64,000 bases of DNA from Antedon mediterranea (lineage: Eukaryota; Animalia; Echinodermata). The stretch covers positions 19,465,648-19,529,647 of the forward strand of contig NC_092673.1 of the NCBI RefSeq assembly GCF_964355755.1, written 5' to 3'. Under the pieces are notes generated by a model that searched no databases, was not told the origin of the DNA, and saw only the letters and a program-made list of their open reading frames with translations. The position numbers and the translations under genes were made by a program. Positions 1-15,200 of the stretch are shown here, one piece after another; position 1 is the first letter of the stretch; every line of letters begins with the position of its first letter.

Positions 1-206
1 TGCAGAACAAGGTGATACACCAATTGAGACAAAGAAAGATGTGAGTACAGTACTGTCATTCATAATATATATATAGTAGATTTGTAGGAAGGTAGTAGTA
101 AGTTGAAATTACCAATCATAACTTTAGAAATTATGAGCAAAATAAAAAAAGACAGTCAAAATATTACTTATTGTACTTCATAGTTTTATTTTATTTTATG
201 TGTCAG

Positions 207-3200
207 GTTGGCAAAAAATTTAGTGCAAAAGGTATGTAACATTTCCTCATGTAATTTTCATTCAATAACACTTAATTAGTAGATGATGATGTAGAGTTGA
301 ATGACTGACTTTTTATGTGCAGTTCTGAGAAACAAAAATGAATAGTTCACAAATTTGTTTGCTTATCGAAATTTGTATTGACAATTTCGTATGAATCATT
401 TGTTTATTCAACCAACAAACAATAATGTAATATATAATAATGTCATACATTATAGGCTCATAAGCAAAATATATTGAACAACAGAGGACATGTTATTTAA
501 TATTTTGGCCCATATTGAAGATGCATATACAGTAACTCCAGATTTTAATCAGTTTTTGTGACCAATATATTGATTTCCCTAAAAAACAATAGGCATGTTC
601 TTTCATTTTTAAATGAAAACAAATTTGAGCCAATAACTATTGTACTATTAACAACAAACAACAAGAATGTGAAAGAAATAATAATAAGACTACTAAAAAG
701 AAGATGTCATGTGTTATGTGACAAAAAAACCCACTGTTTTCATTATAGGTACTAAACCTGTACGCTTTGATGCAGATCAGCCATTAGATAAAGAAGTAAT
801 TCATGATTTTGAGCAAAAGAAATTTAAAAGCTTGGAAAATACATTTAACATCTGGGATCATGGAGGACAGTTGATATACCATGGTATACATAGTGTAAGT
901 TCAGATATTCAGCATTATAGTAGAGAGGCCAAATACACAAAAGTCCTCTATAAAAAGTTTGGGGGGCATTTTTTGTTAATAGCAGGCAACCATGTTGAAT
1001 GTATCCTTTGTGGGGTGACAAAAACGATAGGGGTGGATGCCATCTTCAGTTTTGGGTTTTAAGGTCAGTTTATGTGGTCAAGAGGTCAAACAATGTCAAA
1101 ATATAGGATTTTTTTTTATTCACGGAAAATCATCTACATTATCAGATCTATCCAAAAAGGTATATCTGAAGATCAACTGATGCTTCATATTATAGTAATT
1201 ATGAGATAAACATTTAATTTTACACATAAAAACATAGGAAATTAAATATAAAAGTGTCATTTCTCAAAATGTTGTTTTCACATATTTCTGTAAAGTACAC
1301 ACAGTTTTTTAATAGGCTTTTCCCAGTCTGTTGTAAATTTGTCTTTTTCATGTTGTCCACCAGTCGTTTTGATTTTTGTCGGGAAAAAATAGGTCAAGTG
1401 TTATATGTATGAAACGCCATATGTGCCAAAAGATTGGTCTTTTACTATAATATTAATATTACCTATATTAATTAATGTAATACAGTAATATTTAGAATTT
1501 TGTTTTTAGAAAAATTATTAATATTACCTATAATAATGTAATAATACTTAGAAATTTGTTTTTAAAAAAATTTCGAAAACAGAGACCTAATGTCGAGATG
1601 TTTTTGTTTGGGTCAGAGACTCCCTATAATGTAACTATTTAAACATTTTTTCATTATTTCAATGATACAAGTTTTTATTGAAGTTTGTTGTTTCAAGAAA
1701 TCTCGAAAGAGAAACCTGGGTATCGAGTCTTTGCTTTCAAAAACCTAACTATTGGACTTTATCAAGGTTGGAAGGAGTGGTAATTGGGGACTTCTTTTCT
1801 TCTTGAGGCCTTCGCATCTATGCTATCATGGCTGACGGTGATAACAAATATAAAACTCCTTAAGTAATTAAGAAGTCCTTTATACACATGGATAAAGACG
1901 GTTTTAACGTTATTTAGAAACATTACGTTACGTACTGTGTCCAGGTATGAAATCCATCTCTCCAAAAAGACATAAACGCACTTGAAGAGGACAACGTCAT
2001 GCGACAAATCAAATTCCAGCTATCCATTCTTATTCATATGAAGATCGTTTAAAGTTTCTTGGTCTAACAACCCTATATGACAGACAAATTCATGGTGACT
2101 TGATTGAAAATTTTCAAAAGATTTCGAGGGTGTAGCCAAGGAAGACTTCCTTCAAATGAGATGCAATCTAAGCAGAAATACACGAGGACATCAGCTTAGA
2201 CTTTTTAAACCTAAATTTCACAAAGAACTGATAGGAGATCCACTTTTTCACAATTAGTAATTATATATTTTAATAGTTTGCCAACCAAAGTCGTCATTTC
2301 TGAAACCACCAACACATTTAAAAACCGATTGGATTCGTTGTAGAAATGAGGTTAAAAGGGTAAACAAATTTACCTATCTAAACTATCAGAACCAATATTC
2401 TAAACACTGAGTGGATGATTGATCAATTCAAAATAGAATCATTGGTATAACAAGAAACGCTGTAATTCATTGAAAGGTTCTGCATGACATGGTCAGACTG
2501 ATCACGAATCACACATAATACACAATATTCTTTCGAACTGACAAATGATGACAACTTATTGAAAGAAAAAAAACAGTAGAACTTAGAACTTCATGAGCCA
2601 CTGAGAAAGCATCGCTCTAAACCTTTGCGGATTTCTATAGGCCTAAGGCAACTGTTTCGATAAAAAAAAAAAAAGTAGCCTATATAAAAACTGACAGAAA
2701 ATCTGCTGATCAACCATTGGAGTATGATCATAGCTCAATTTTAATATCTTTAACCAAATATGACTTCACATATCTTGATGGATGGCGTTGAAATACCCAC
2801 AGATGTTCCAGAAGAAAACTTACAGTAAAAACATGATGGTCATGCACTATAGGATGCAGTAAACATGGCTGTAAACATTTTGGTGACTATGCAAGTATTT
2901 ATTCAAGTTACCTAGATATTTCGTCATTTTGTTGTATTTGATCATTACATTGTGACAGTGACACGATTGAAAGGATAGTCCCAATGTACTAATCTGTACT
3001 TCCGTATGTGTTTTGGGCCACACTCATCGGTTTGGAGGAGAACAAATATCACAAAGTTATTAGACATTCTTTATGTCAATAACAAAGAGCTTGCAATTAT
3101 ACATGAAAGTTGATGTTAATTTATAATGATATGCACTTTGTAACAGTAGCCTTCAAAAGTATGGACGATGTCTGGTATAGTGAACAATAAAGTGGTTGAA

Positions 3201-6200
3201 AACCTATTAAGAATAATCTAACCAGCTTCCATGCCATTACAGGTTGCAGCACGTCATTATTTGCTGGTTATGGGAAGAGGTCATACTGGAAATCATTTGT
3301 AACGCATCCACTCCTTGTAAATGGAATTGATTAAGATTAAGACTTTCCACGTACAGTGTACACTAAAGTTTAATATTGCCAAATATATGGTACTCTTGAG
3401 CAGAACTGTATAATAACAGACTACTCTTTGGTGCTACCTCCATCTAGACTCAGTGACTATATACCATTAACACTAGTGATATATAGTTTATCTGATTATT
3501 TTGAAACTACTGATCATGCATATAATACAAGAATTAATCATTATTTTAATTTAGCCATTCCTCCTTGTCGTATTAATTGTGGACAATTTAGAATTTCTTT
3601 TTCTGGTGCTGTTATTTGGAATGATTTACCTTTAGAATTACAAACAATTACATCTAGATTTGCTTTCTCTAAACAACTTAAAGAATTACTTTTATCTAAG
3701 TATATAAAAGAATAATCTATAATTTACAATGTTTTTATATATTGTTAATTCATCAGATATTATCTATTGAACTGATATGGTTTTGTTTATTACAGTATAG
3801 TACATACAGCACTTATGTTATGTTATTTTATTTATTTATTATTCAACATTTTTTGTTTTGTTTTTGAAGTTATCAAATTTTTATTTTCTTTTAAGTTCTG
3901 TTATTTATTTGTTAATTTTGTAGCTTAAGTTAGTTAAGATAAAAGGTACCAAGCTTGATTAGCTTCGGCTATACCTTGGCTACCTTTTGTATTAAATTGT
4001 TTTTTGTTTGATACAATAAAGAAGATTATTATTATATTTCCCTTAAATATTAAGTATTTCACTTCACTCAATAAATATTTAAGTACCTGTATTTCTACTT
4101 CGGGAAACACTTAAAATTAAAAAAACTCGCCTATGGTGAATACAGACATCATAGAACCTGAACATACGAGCCAACTATCAGGCAGAGCTATAAGTATGTG
4201 GCCTAAATGAATCGGGTCGTTTGGAAGCCCCTAACCCAGTTGTCAGTTTGGAACTTGTTACATGTGCATGTAAACTAAAGAGCCAGATGAAGTTGTTACA
4301 GAAAGCATGCATATGTGGTTGTGATTCAATCGTTTGCCGTTACCCAGATGGCCAGTAGGCATTATATATCAGTGCTTGAAGAAATACCCACATCAGAGCG
4401 TTACCTCCTTCCATCCCAGAAAAATTTCGAATATTGGCATGTGCCCATGCCGCCCATTACTCCCAACCCACAAACCCTCTGTGACCGTTTTTAAATGAAA
4501 TTTAAGACATTCCAGTAGGCCTCCAATTTCGGTTATTTTGATACTCTAGGACTCATCCTCTCCATTCCTTGAACACCTTCCAGGAGTGACTCAAAAAGTT
4601 TAAAATCTTCCCAGTACAATTCTGGTCTTTTTGACACCACACTATAACCATCAGCCCCAGGCTATCATGAAAATTATATTTATTTCAATTATTAATACCG
4701 ATAATTAACAGGTCTGTGCTCTATTTGACCTTATGACCTTGAAAATGACCTTTAAACTTGTAAGTTGAAAAATTGATGAACTGCACCATCTACAGCAATA
4801 TGTCAATAATGATCCAATAATGGTTACATTTCTTTTAATTAGCTTATATGTTGTTGAAAACAGCTTAAACCTCTATTTTACCATATTTGACCTTATAACC
4901 TTGAAAATGACCTTTGACCTGAAATTTGAGAGCGGCATCCACCCCTATCTTTTTTGTCATCCCATAAGGGATATATTCCACATGGTTGCCTGCTATTAAC
5001 ATAAAATGCCCCCCATGATGAAAAAGCTCACATTGGCCGCCCTACTATTATATAAAACCTAAATAGATTCCTCTCATTTGATTGGACAATTGTGGGTCAC
5101 AATAATAATATAGTAAAATCTAAGTGGCCTAATTTTATGCTCGCCAAAAACGTGGTTATTTCGGATTTTACCGAATGAAGCCTAGACAGCGCGTCCTCCA
5201 TAACAACAATACTTTGCCCATGCTCCAGCGCAAGATAGATAACTGTTGCTAAGCTCCTATCTTATAACACTACGCTCCCTGTAATTCCATAGACGCCTTC
5301 TATTCGATTTAAAATCTAAATGGTTTAAATTTTTGCAGTCCGCCTCAAACTTTCTGTGGTTAACCATCTTGAGGGTTGATTCATGAAAAAGGTAATAAAT
5401 TATGTAAACAAAGTAAAATAATAGTTTCTTTTGGATCTGGACACTTTCCTATTAATTCTGTGTGTTTACATCCGTCTTTGACCGAAACATTGTACAATAT
5501 TGCCTTGACAATGACTTATTCTGCTTCATATTTGTCCTCCTGATTGGTGTCCATGGGATTACGAATATCTCGCACAATCATCTATCTTGCGCGCTATACA
5601 ATCTTTGCTAGAACTACGCTTGACCTCCCATAGACAACAAGCACTGGAGTTAAATGATAATGCAAACCCTCAAAAACACCAAAAAACAAATCAAATATGT
5701 GGTCAGTAGGCTATAGTGGTAAATATCTTCTTTAGATGTTTAAAAAAAAAAAAAATTAGGTATCCTAGGCCTACGTTTCAATCTGAATCAAATGTAGGCT
5801 AGGCCCAGGCCTTTCATTCAATCAATCTGAATGAAATGACAAGAATCTACTTACTGTAGATGTTATATAAAAATAATTATTTTATATTCGTGCTATGGTA
5901 TAATTAATCTCATTCAGTAAATAAATAAGGTCTCACTTGCTTGCTTTTTTTTAGTTTTCATAAGATTGTGGCAAATTTTAACCAACTCTTCAAGTTTAAT
6001 TGCATATGTATACTTTTGCACATATATACACATGTTATACAAAATGTACATACAAGCAAAAATATTTGAATTTATGAAAACTGCCCAGATTAATTCTCAG
6101 CTATTAACAATGATTCTCAACATTCTAATTATAATTTAGTCTATAGTATTAACACAATTATTATTATTGCAGATCTTCATGACCTCAGAAGCACTTTACA

Positions 6201-9200
6201 TTGTAGTGTTCGATCTTAGTAAACCCCTTGATGATCTTGCTAAGGTCATTGATGCTACAAGAGTAAGTATTTCAAGAACATTTAAATTGTTGTGTTTGAA
6301 CAATTCATCTTGATGAGGACTTTATACTTTATATGCGTCACAAGGAGTTTAATTGTTAAATGTAATTTCTTTCAGCTTACATAAGTTCTGTTTTAATCAA
6401 TTTGAAATACCAATTTTGTGTAATTTTTTTGTTTACAGGAAGAGCGTGAACATCATTGGACCAATCTCCAGTTCATATTATCTTACATCCAGACGGTTTA
6501 TTCTCATAGTCGTATTGGGGGAGAAAACACAAAGAAGGGAGTTCAAGAACCAACTATCCTTATTGTGGGTACACATAAGGGTAAGCTTGGTAAGACTGAA
6601 GAAGAACAAAATGTTGAGGTTAGATACTTATTTTAGTTCTACATTATTAAAAATAGCAAGCTGTGTACATGTTGTTTTAAATAATAATGTAAACAGGCTG
6701 ACTTCTGGTGTTTTACATATTCAAGTTAGATTCAAAGAGCTTAAACTGAAATTTTTTTCTTTTCATTATTTATTATAATCAGGCAAAAAAAGTATTTGAG
6801 AAGATTGAAAATACGCTTAAAGAAAAACCATATGAAGAACATGTATATCACCAATATTTTGCCATTGAAAACAGTCGAGAAACTGCAGATAAGAGCTTCA
6901 TTAAACTCAAAAAAGTTATTGACAAGCTTATGACAGATTTAAAAAAGGATGTCCCTTTAAAGTGGATGCGTTTTCGATGTGATCTACATGATCTAAGAAA
7001 GGATGACCTGAGAAGGCAAAAACCTTTTCTTTTGCATCCTTTAAAAGAGGTAACATTTATTTGTCATCTTCTTTATTTTGTATCTACTAACTATAAGAAC
7101 ATCACCATAGCTAATATATATATTTTTTTAATTAATTGAAAATATTATTTCCCCATTCATATTACTGTTGTTAATGCACTCTGGCATATCATGCGCTATA
7201 TACACATATAAATTAGCTCCACAGTGGAATAATATACGAATAATGAATTATTTGTTTTATAACACACCTACTTTTAATAAGAGGCTACAACAAAACTAAC
7301 ACTAACAGAGAAGGTAGCACTTCAATTTTAGACATGGACTAGAACAAAGTGCACGATTCATGACACACACTACAGCCTTGTGTCACGCATAATTGCTCTT
7401 GTGACATAAATACAAATGAATAAAGTTGAAAGAAGATTCCTCCGTGTATTTACTATGCATTAACCACTTTGTCACAGATAGATTATTACATACCGCAATG
7501 AATTTTATTTTGTTACTAAGATGACATCTTTAAACATTTTTAAAAAAATATACGCTGTCAAAGTATATATTTCTTTCCAACGTTAATATACGAAGATTTT
7601 AAAGAAGAAGGAATGTTAAGTTTGTAATTCGGTCCAAGAAAATGTCATAGTGCGCGTGTAAAATGTTTTAAATGCTTAAAATAGACTAAACATACTCTAA
7701 TTTCATCGAAAATACATGTTGACAATTTTGAAAATTTTAAGCGTGCGTTTGCATGCGTTTTATGCGCTACACACATAATTGTATTGCCATAATGATGAAA
7801 TATGACCTGAAGTTTATGAGTATCAAATTTGGTTTAATTATGATTAATGCTTGTGAAGAAAATTGGGCTTTTCATGTATAATGTTACTACTAATCAGGAC
7901 GTGCGTTTTTCATCGCTCTTTATTAAAATGGTTCTTACCATAATTATAATACAAGATCTAAAGACAAAATGAGACTCAGAAAACGTAATCGTACTTCTAC
8001 TAGTTTTACTGTGTCATGTGTGGGACCTAAATTGTGGAATGACTTGAATTATGAACAACAAAATACCAAATCAATATATATATTTAAATCATTGTTTAAA
8101 GAACATTTATTATCATTTTACAAATAATTTTAAAATAATACTTGTTGCAGGATTTAGCTTTTTAGGTGATCATTTAGAATAAAATGATCACCTATTGTTA
8201 TTGTATAAAATATTTATTCTTATGATTCTTCTTTATTTCTCTCTGTACAGATTTTGTGTAACAAATATCTCAAAAAGTTGAATGTTAATGATTACCAAAA
8301 TTTCACAATGTCTTTCAAATACTTTAACTTAGTCCTAATAAGCTTTTCAGCGTGATCACTCATCCGTGACGTCATTTATACGCCATTTTGTGAAATCACA
8401 TTATCAATCATATCTCCATAATTCATTATCACATATTAACGAAATTAACAACACGTAAACTTCAGGTCAAGGGTAAAAATATTATCAAATAAAAACGCAC
8501 GCGCACGTAGGGTCCTGCACGTGAAATCGCGCGTTAAAAATTTAAAAAGCCTACCTCAACCAAGTATGTTACTCATGAGTTGGCAATATTTTCATTTTGA
8601 TGACGTCATCACGTCTTAAAATTTGAATAACAGTGGTTACGTAATTTCACCCACAACGTATATTTGAATACCTTACAGCTCTTCTGAATTAAAGTTGACC
8701 TTGATGTTTATAACTTATTATGAGAGCTGGTGAAATTTAGATATGAATTCATATAAAAATTAAGCTGATCGGATGTTGTTATCATATGGCCAGTTGAAGT
8801 TAAAAATAGTTTTTAAATTTCTTTAGTCAAAGTTATACAAATTTCAAAGAGCGCACATTGCGCTTCTACGTGTCAAATTCTCTTCTAATTCTTATATTTA
8901 TTTGCTCAATTCATTATCCTTCGAAATTATCATCTTCGAGTTTGTTTTGATAATTCCATCATACCAAAAAATTAGAACATGATGTGTGCCCCGTAATTTC
9001 ACCTATGCTACACTGTATATAGATATATACAGTATATACGGTACTGTATAATTATTGTATATGGCATATAATAGGCACAACTCAACACTATAAGCGTATA
9101 ATAGGATGGAATACATCATCATTTTCCGATCGTATGTTAACGTACGTGCATGTTTAAAAAAAAAAATTTCAGTAATTAATTAATATCAATAATTAATTAA

Positions 9201-12200
9201 TTAATGTCAATAAAATGATAAAAATGATCACCTATAATTCGTCAAAGTGACGAATTAAATTCTAGTTTTAATTATTTATGTTTTAGTTTTTAGGCTAGTT
9301 AGGGACGTAGGGGGACACAATTAATCAAGCTCCTTTGAGTTTTTATGTGTTTCCTTTTCATCTTTATTTTATGTTCTCATATATTGTTGTATATTTTCAT
9401 GATTGGTGATGAATAAAGAATATTTGAATTTGAATTTGAATTTGAAGATATGATTACAAACGTGATTTTGTTAAATCGTGCGTAGACCGTGTAATATTTT
9501 TATATTTTTGTGTCTTCATACTGTGTGTGATTAGGCTAATTTCACTACAAGCATGTGTATGCTAAATTTGGTGTAATGGTTATATAACCAGCTTTTCAAC
9601 TAACAATAGTTTCAGTTGACTAACAAATTATAACATCAACGCCAAAGCAAACGGATGAATTTGAAAAGAAATAGGTTTTTTCTGAAACTACTCATATCAA
9701 AAAACCTGTATATTAAATCCAATTATGTTCACAAATTACAAATTATAACTCTTGCCTCTTGTACAAAAAGTTTTTTGAACAAGTACTTCTCGAGAAAATG
9801 CAATTTCAGTTTACTTGTTTACTTTAAGACTGCACGCCAGCTTTTGAAAATTCTGTCCTATCTTTTAACACTAGCAGGTCTGAACAATTTTAAAAAGTGG
9901 TCCATAATTGGGAGGGTGATCCATGATAATGCATATAACATAATAAAACATGACATGCCTTAATTCCTTAGATCAAAACACTGGCTGCTAAGAATGGTAT
10001 TGCCGAAAAGGAACAATCAGTGCTACTTAACTTCTTGTATGATATTGGTGAAATTATCTACATGCCTGACAAGGAATTATTAAAAGATCAGGTGGTGTTA
10101 ATTCCCGATAGCTTGGTTAAAGTTTTAACCAGATTTGTAACTGTGGTTCCATCAAAAGTAAGTAGGCTCATATCAAATTATAAACAAGTGCTCAATATCA
10201 TTTCTTGTTCCTTTTGGAAAAAGTTTTATTTTTCAAAATAAACTGAGGTACTTATTCTTATAGGCAAGATTATTTTAAACAGTTGTAGTGGTATAGTGTA
10301 AGATTATATGTGATCCTTAAAACTTTTCATAGTGTCTATTTGAAGAAATGATGCATATTATTCTCAAAACTAACATTGTTGTTCCCAACATCCCTCTCAT
10401 TCAGTTTCTGAATATTCATCTATCACTAATGTAATAAATACAGAAACACACAATCACATTTATGGCTAATTATTGGTGTTTTCTTTTAGCCGGTCACGTT
10501 TAGAAAGGCTTATCGTCAGCTTGACAAGGGCATACTGGAGGAAGACTTATTGCGAAACTTTTTTGAAGAGTGTAAAGTAGATGTAGATGTATTAAAGAAA
10601 TTTGAGTTACTTGTAGAACTGATGATTCAATTAGGTTTCATTTGTGAGATGAAGACAACCAGCAGCCCAGATGTGGCAAGTACATCTACAGTAGGTTTTG
10701 TTTCTTTTTATTGTTTATGTAAGGGCTAACTGAAACAAGTTTACATTTTTATGCTCTGTATTATTTGTATGGTATTTGATGAAATAAATGTTTGTTGAAC
10801 TTGTAATTTCCAATGTTAGTAGTATGATTTGTCTGCGATTTTACTGAATATAGTATACACAATTTTAGCCTTCAGACATGATTTTGTTAACATTTATACT
10901 GAAAGATATTTTTAACATATATAACTGATCTTTGGTTCTTTTAAATGACATTAAACAAAATTATCAATTTCAGGGTTCCATTACAAAGCGGTCATTTTTT
11001 GTGCCACTACGCCTTGCTTTCAAAACATCAAGTGAAGTAAAACAGGAGCCAGATGATTCACAATCTATCAGTATCTATTATGACTTTGAGGGATATCTGC
11101 CAGATGTACTGTTTCCATATGTCATTGTGGAATGTCTTAACAAATTTCAATTGGAAGGTTTTGAGCCAAAATTGTCATGTAATCATTGTAAACTTTACCT
11201 TGACCAATTTCATCATGTGACCGTATCTCTTGTCCAATTCACAACTAAGGAGGATAAGCAAAAGTTCTTGTTAAAGGTACATACAATCTCTAATAAATGT
11301 TCAATATATATTTGTTTTTATAATATTTATTGTCAACAGTGTCATACATCTGTTGAATAATATAAGTCAGAATTTACTGTACACATGTATAAACATAATA
11401 ACAAAAATAATTTTTTTATCCAGATGACTGTTAAAAGAACAAATTCTTTTAAACAAACAAATGATGAAAAATGTGAACCATCCTCTGAAGCATGTCAAAA
11501 GGTATTTTTTAGATATTTTTCTAGGTTTTTAAATTCTGTAGATAGTTTGGTTTTTTAAACATTCTAAAACCATTTTTGAGATGACACATAACAATTATAC
11601 TGCCCACTACTTGACTTAAAAAGGTGGTCTTATGTCTGGTTGCGTGAGAGCGCTTATGTCGACATTTCGAGGAACTGAAGGGAACCAGTGTCGTGGTTAC
11701 CATAAGACGAGCATCACGCGATTTGTAGTTGTATGAGAATCAGTATCTGCGGTAAATTACCCACTTGATTACCCATGCCACACACATGGTTTTCAGTTTC
11801 CAGGTCCATGGGCAACTGAAAGCAACTAAGCTTATGTCAACATGTTTTGTGTGCCAGTCAGTTGCTTTCAGTTGCTCGGAACGCTTAAGTCGATACAGTT
11901 GAGTTCCATGTCGACATAAGAGCACATTTTAAGTTAAATATTACAGTTAAATTTTATATTTCAATTTTAAATAAACTAGGAATAGAAATTGGATTGAAAT
12001 TGAAAATAACAAAAATGAGAATATTAATTATGATATTAATCATGATATAGTAATGATATATGATGTTAATATTAATTAAAATTAATGAAAATACTAATCT
12101 GGAAAGCACTTCCAGATGACATACTCCTTAACCAACCAAGTTTGAAGTTCATAATGAAGTCTTAAAGTTGACTAATGCCAATTTAAGGTTTTATTTATTT

Positions 12201-15200
12201 TTTTATTTTAACATATAAACTTTCACTAAAATGGATGATGAGCAATTAAATAGTTCATTAAAACCAAATAAACCAAATTATTACAGTAGTACATAAACTT
12301 TATAAACTTCAAATTATTAGAAAAAAATAAATAAATAAATGCTCGTAATAATAGTTACAATAATAGCAAAAACAATATGCATATAATTTATCTGGTATTT
12401 CTTTTTATTTTTAATGTATTGTAAATAATATATAACACAATATTCTAAGAATATGTGCTGCTATTTTAAAGAAGTTTTTATTATTGTGTGAATTAATTTA
12501 AATTTCTGCATGTTTGAAATCATAATCCAATTTATATTTTTAGGTGTTGTCAACAGTTGAGAAGACATTTAAACAATCTAAAGATGGTGGTAGAAGAGGA
12601 ATTCCATTCAAGAGATGCATTCCTTGTGATTGTAGTCTTACATCAGAAAAGAAGCATTTTCAAATTCTTCCTAATTTCCAGTACGAAAGGTTGCCATGTA
12701 ATGAAGATGACAAGATTTTAAACACAAATGTTGAACGTTACAAGCTACTATTTGGAGGTAATAGCAGTGACAAAATTCATTATTGATAATCTATACATTG
12801 TTACAACATGCTGCTATTAGCTGTGATATCTTCATTCCTCTTAGTAGTAGTAGTACTATCAGAATCATTATTGATAATCTATACATTGTTACAACATGCT
12901 GTTATTAGCTGTGATATCTTCATTCCTCTTACCAGTAGTAGTACTATCAGAATCATTATTGATAATCTATACATTGTTACAACATGCTGCTATTAGCTGT
13001 GATATCTTCATTCCTCTTACCAGTAGTAGTACTATCAGAATCATTATTGATAATCTATACATTGTTACAACATGCTGCTATTAGCTGTGATATCTTCATT
13101 CCTCTTACCAGTAGTAGTACTATCAGAATCATTATTGATAATCTATACATTGTTACAACATGCTGCTATTAGCTGTGATATCTTCATTCCTCTTACCAGT
13201 AGTAGTACTATCAGAATCATTATTGATAATCTATACATTGTTACAACACGCTGCTATTAGCTGTGATATCTTTATTCCTCTTATCAGTAGTAGTACTATC
13301 AGAATCATTATTGATAATCTATACTTTGTTATAACATGCTGCTATTAGCTGTGATATCTTCATTCCTCTTACCAGTAGTAGTACTATCAGAATCATTATT
13401 GATAATCTATACATTGTTACAACATGCTGCTATTAGCTGTGATATCTTCATTCCTCTTACCAGTAGTAGTACTATCAGAATCATTATTGATAATCTATAC
13501 ATTGTTACAACATGCTGCTATTAGCTGTGATATCTTCATTCCTCTTACCAGTAGTAGTACTATCATAATCATTATTGATAATCTATACATTGTTACAACA
13601 TGCTGCTATTAGCTGTGATAAAATCATTCCTCTTACCAGTAGTAGTACTATCAGAATCATTATTGATAATCTATACATTGTTACAACATGCTGCTATTAG
13701 CTGTGATATCTTCATTCCTCTTAGCAGTAGTAGTACTATCAGAATCATTATTGATAATCTATACATTGTTACAACATGCTGCTATTAGCTATGATATCTT
13801 CAGTCCTCTAACCAGTAGTAGTACTATTAGAATCATTATTGATAATCTATACATTGTTACAACATGCTGTTATTAGCTGTGATATCTTCATTCCTCTTAC
13901 CATAGTAGTACTATCAGAATCATTATTGATAATCTATACATTGTTACAACATGCTGCTATTAGTTGTGCAACACAAGAATATAGGCACACAAGTAATTTG
14001 ACCAATGACAAGTGAATAAGCTCAGATGAGCTGTGCATTGCATCTTGGTGTGCATCCATGAGATACTTTGCTGGACCCAATGGTGTCCACTTACAGGAGG
14101 TTCAACTAATATTTTTTATTTTATTTGCAGATGAAACAGAAAGAAAAAGAAAATATTCAGATCAAGGTAATTGATTGAAATAAGTAGATAAATTTTGCAA
14201 AATGTTGTACTTTTATGGACTCAATGATATTTAATTATAATAAAGTATTTGTCTTTGTTAATGCTGTGCTGCCCTCAATGACGATTGTTTGAATCTCTAG
14301 GATGCAACACAAGAGCGTAGGCACAACAATAGTAATTTGACCAATGACAAGTGAAGGATTGGATAAGCTCAGATGAGCTGTCGCTTGTTGTAGATTACCC
14401 GCATGGCAATTTCATCTTTGTGTCTCAAGTGATTATAGTTAAACATGGTATGCAGTGCTCCTCCCCTCCCTTAACAAAACACTCAATTGATACTATCAGC
14501 TGAATCTGTCTGTAGGCACTTTTATAAGCAGATACTTTTGTGGACCCAAGGGTGTCCACTTACAGAAGGTTCACCTAGTGTAATTTTTTTCATTTTATTT
14601 GCAGATGAAATTGGGCCAACTGGAAGAAAAAGAAGAAAACCAGACCAAGGTGATTGAAATATTATATATCAGATAAATAGATTATTTAAAAAAAAATGTA
14701 AATTGTACCTATGTTTTACTTTTATGTACTCAATGATAATTAACTAGTATTATAACATGGGTTCAAGGATGTACAGTGGCCAATCAGATGCGCTGAAATG
14801 AGTCACATGTGCGCTCTTATTTTTCACTATCATGCACTGAAGTGGAAAAAGTTCCCAGCAAAAAAGCATAACACCACTGCATGTAAATCATATAGCAGAG
14901 TATTACCGATCGTGCTAGGCATTTTCTAGGCTAGGCGGTAATTTGGTCGGCAAGCAAAGGGGTGATTGCTGCTCCCTAGGCCTTGTCGGTGATTTGGTCG
15001 CCGAGCAGAGTGGTGATAATAATTCATAGACCCATGTTGTAAAACAAATAACGCACAATTCTAAATTTGTGCGCTACTGGAGATGCAACGCACTCTCTGG
15101 TATTAACAATGTTGTGCAACATACACCATTGTAAATACCCTCAAGTTTGCCTTATCTCCTCTAACGCACAAATTTAGACTTGTGCGTTATTTGTATAATA

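Larger units (their letters stand above)
918..5047 (+). mobile_element. Decayed DNA transposon, Academ-like, in a gene A intron
   Basis: Imperfect TIRs of about 150 bp (918-1070 vs 4905-5047) with TAGTAG..CTACTA termini and TTA on both flanks; broken coding remnants including HIRANYQA and LELVTCACK near 4160-4280. Confidence 0.6.

Noticed and set aside
6353-6778. 141-aa ORF
   Set aside because: Off-frame overlap of the real exon 6439-6618.
12808-13876. Nine near-identical 62-aa hydrophobic ORFs resembling a peptide gene array
   Set aside because: They overlap and are by-products of the 88-bp intronic minisatellite.
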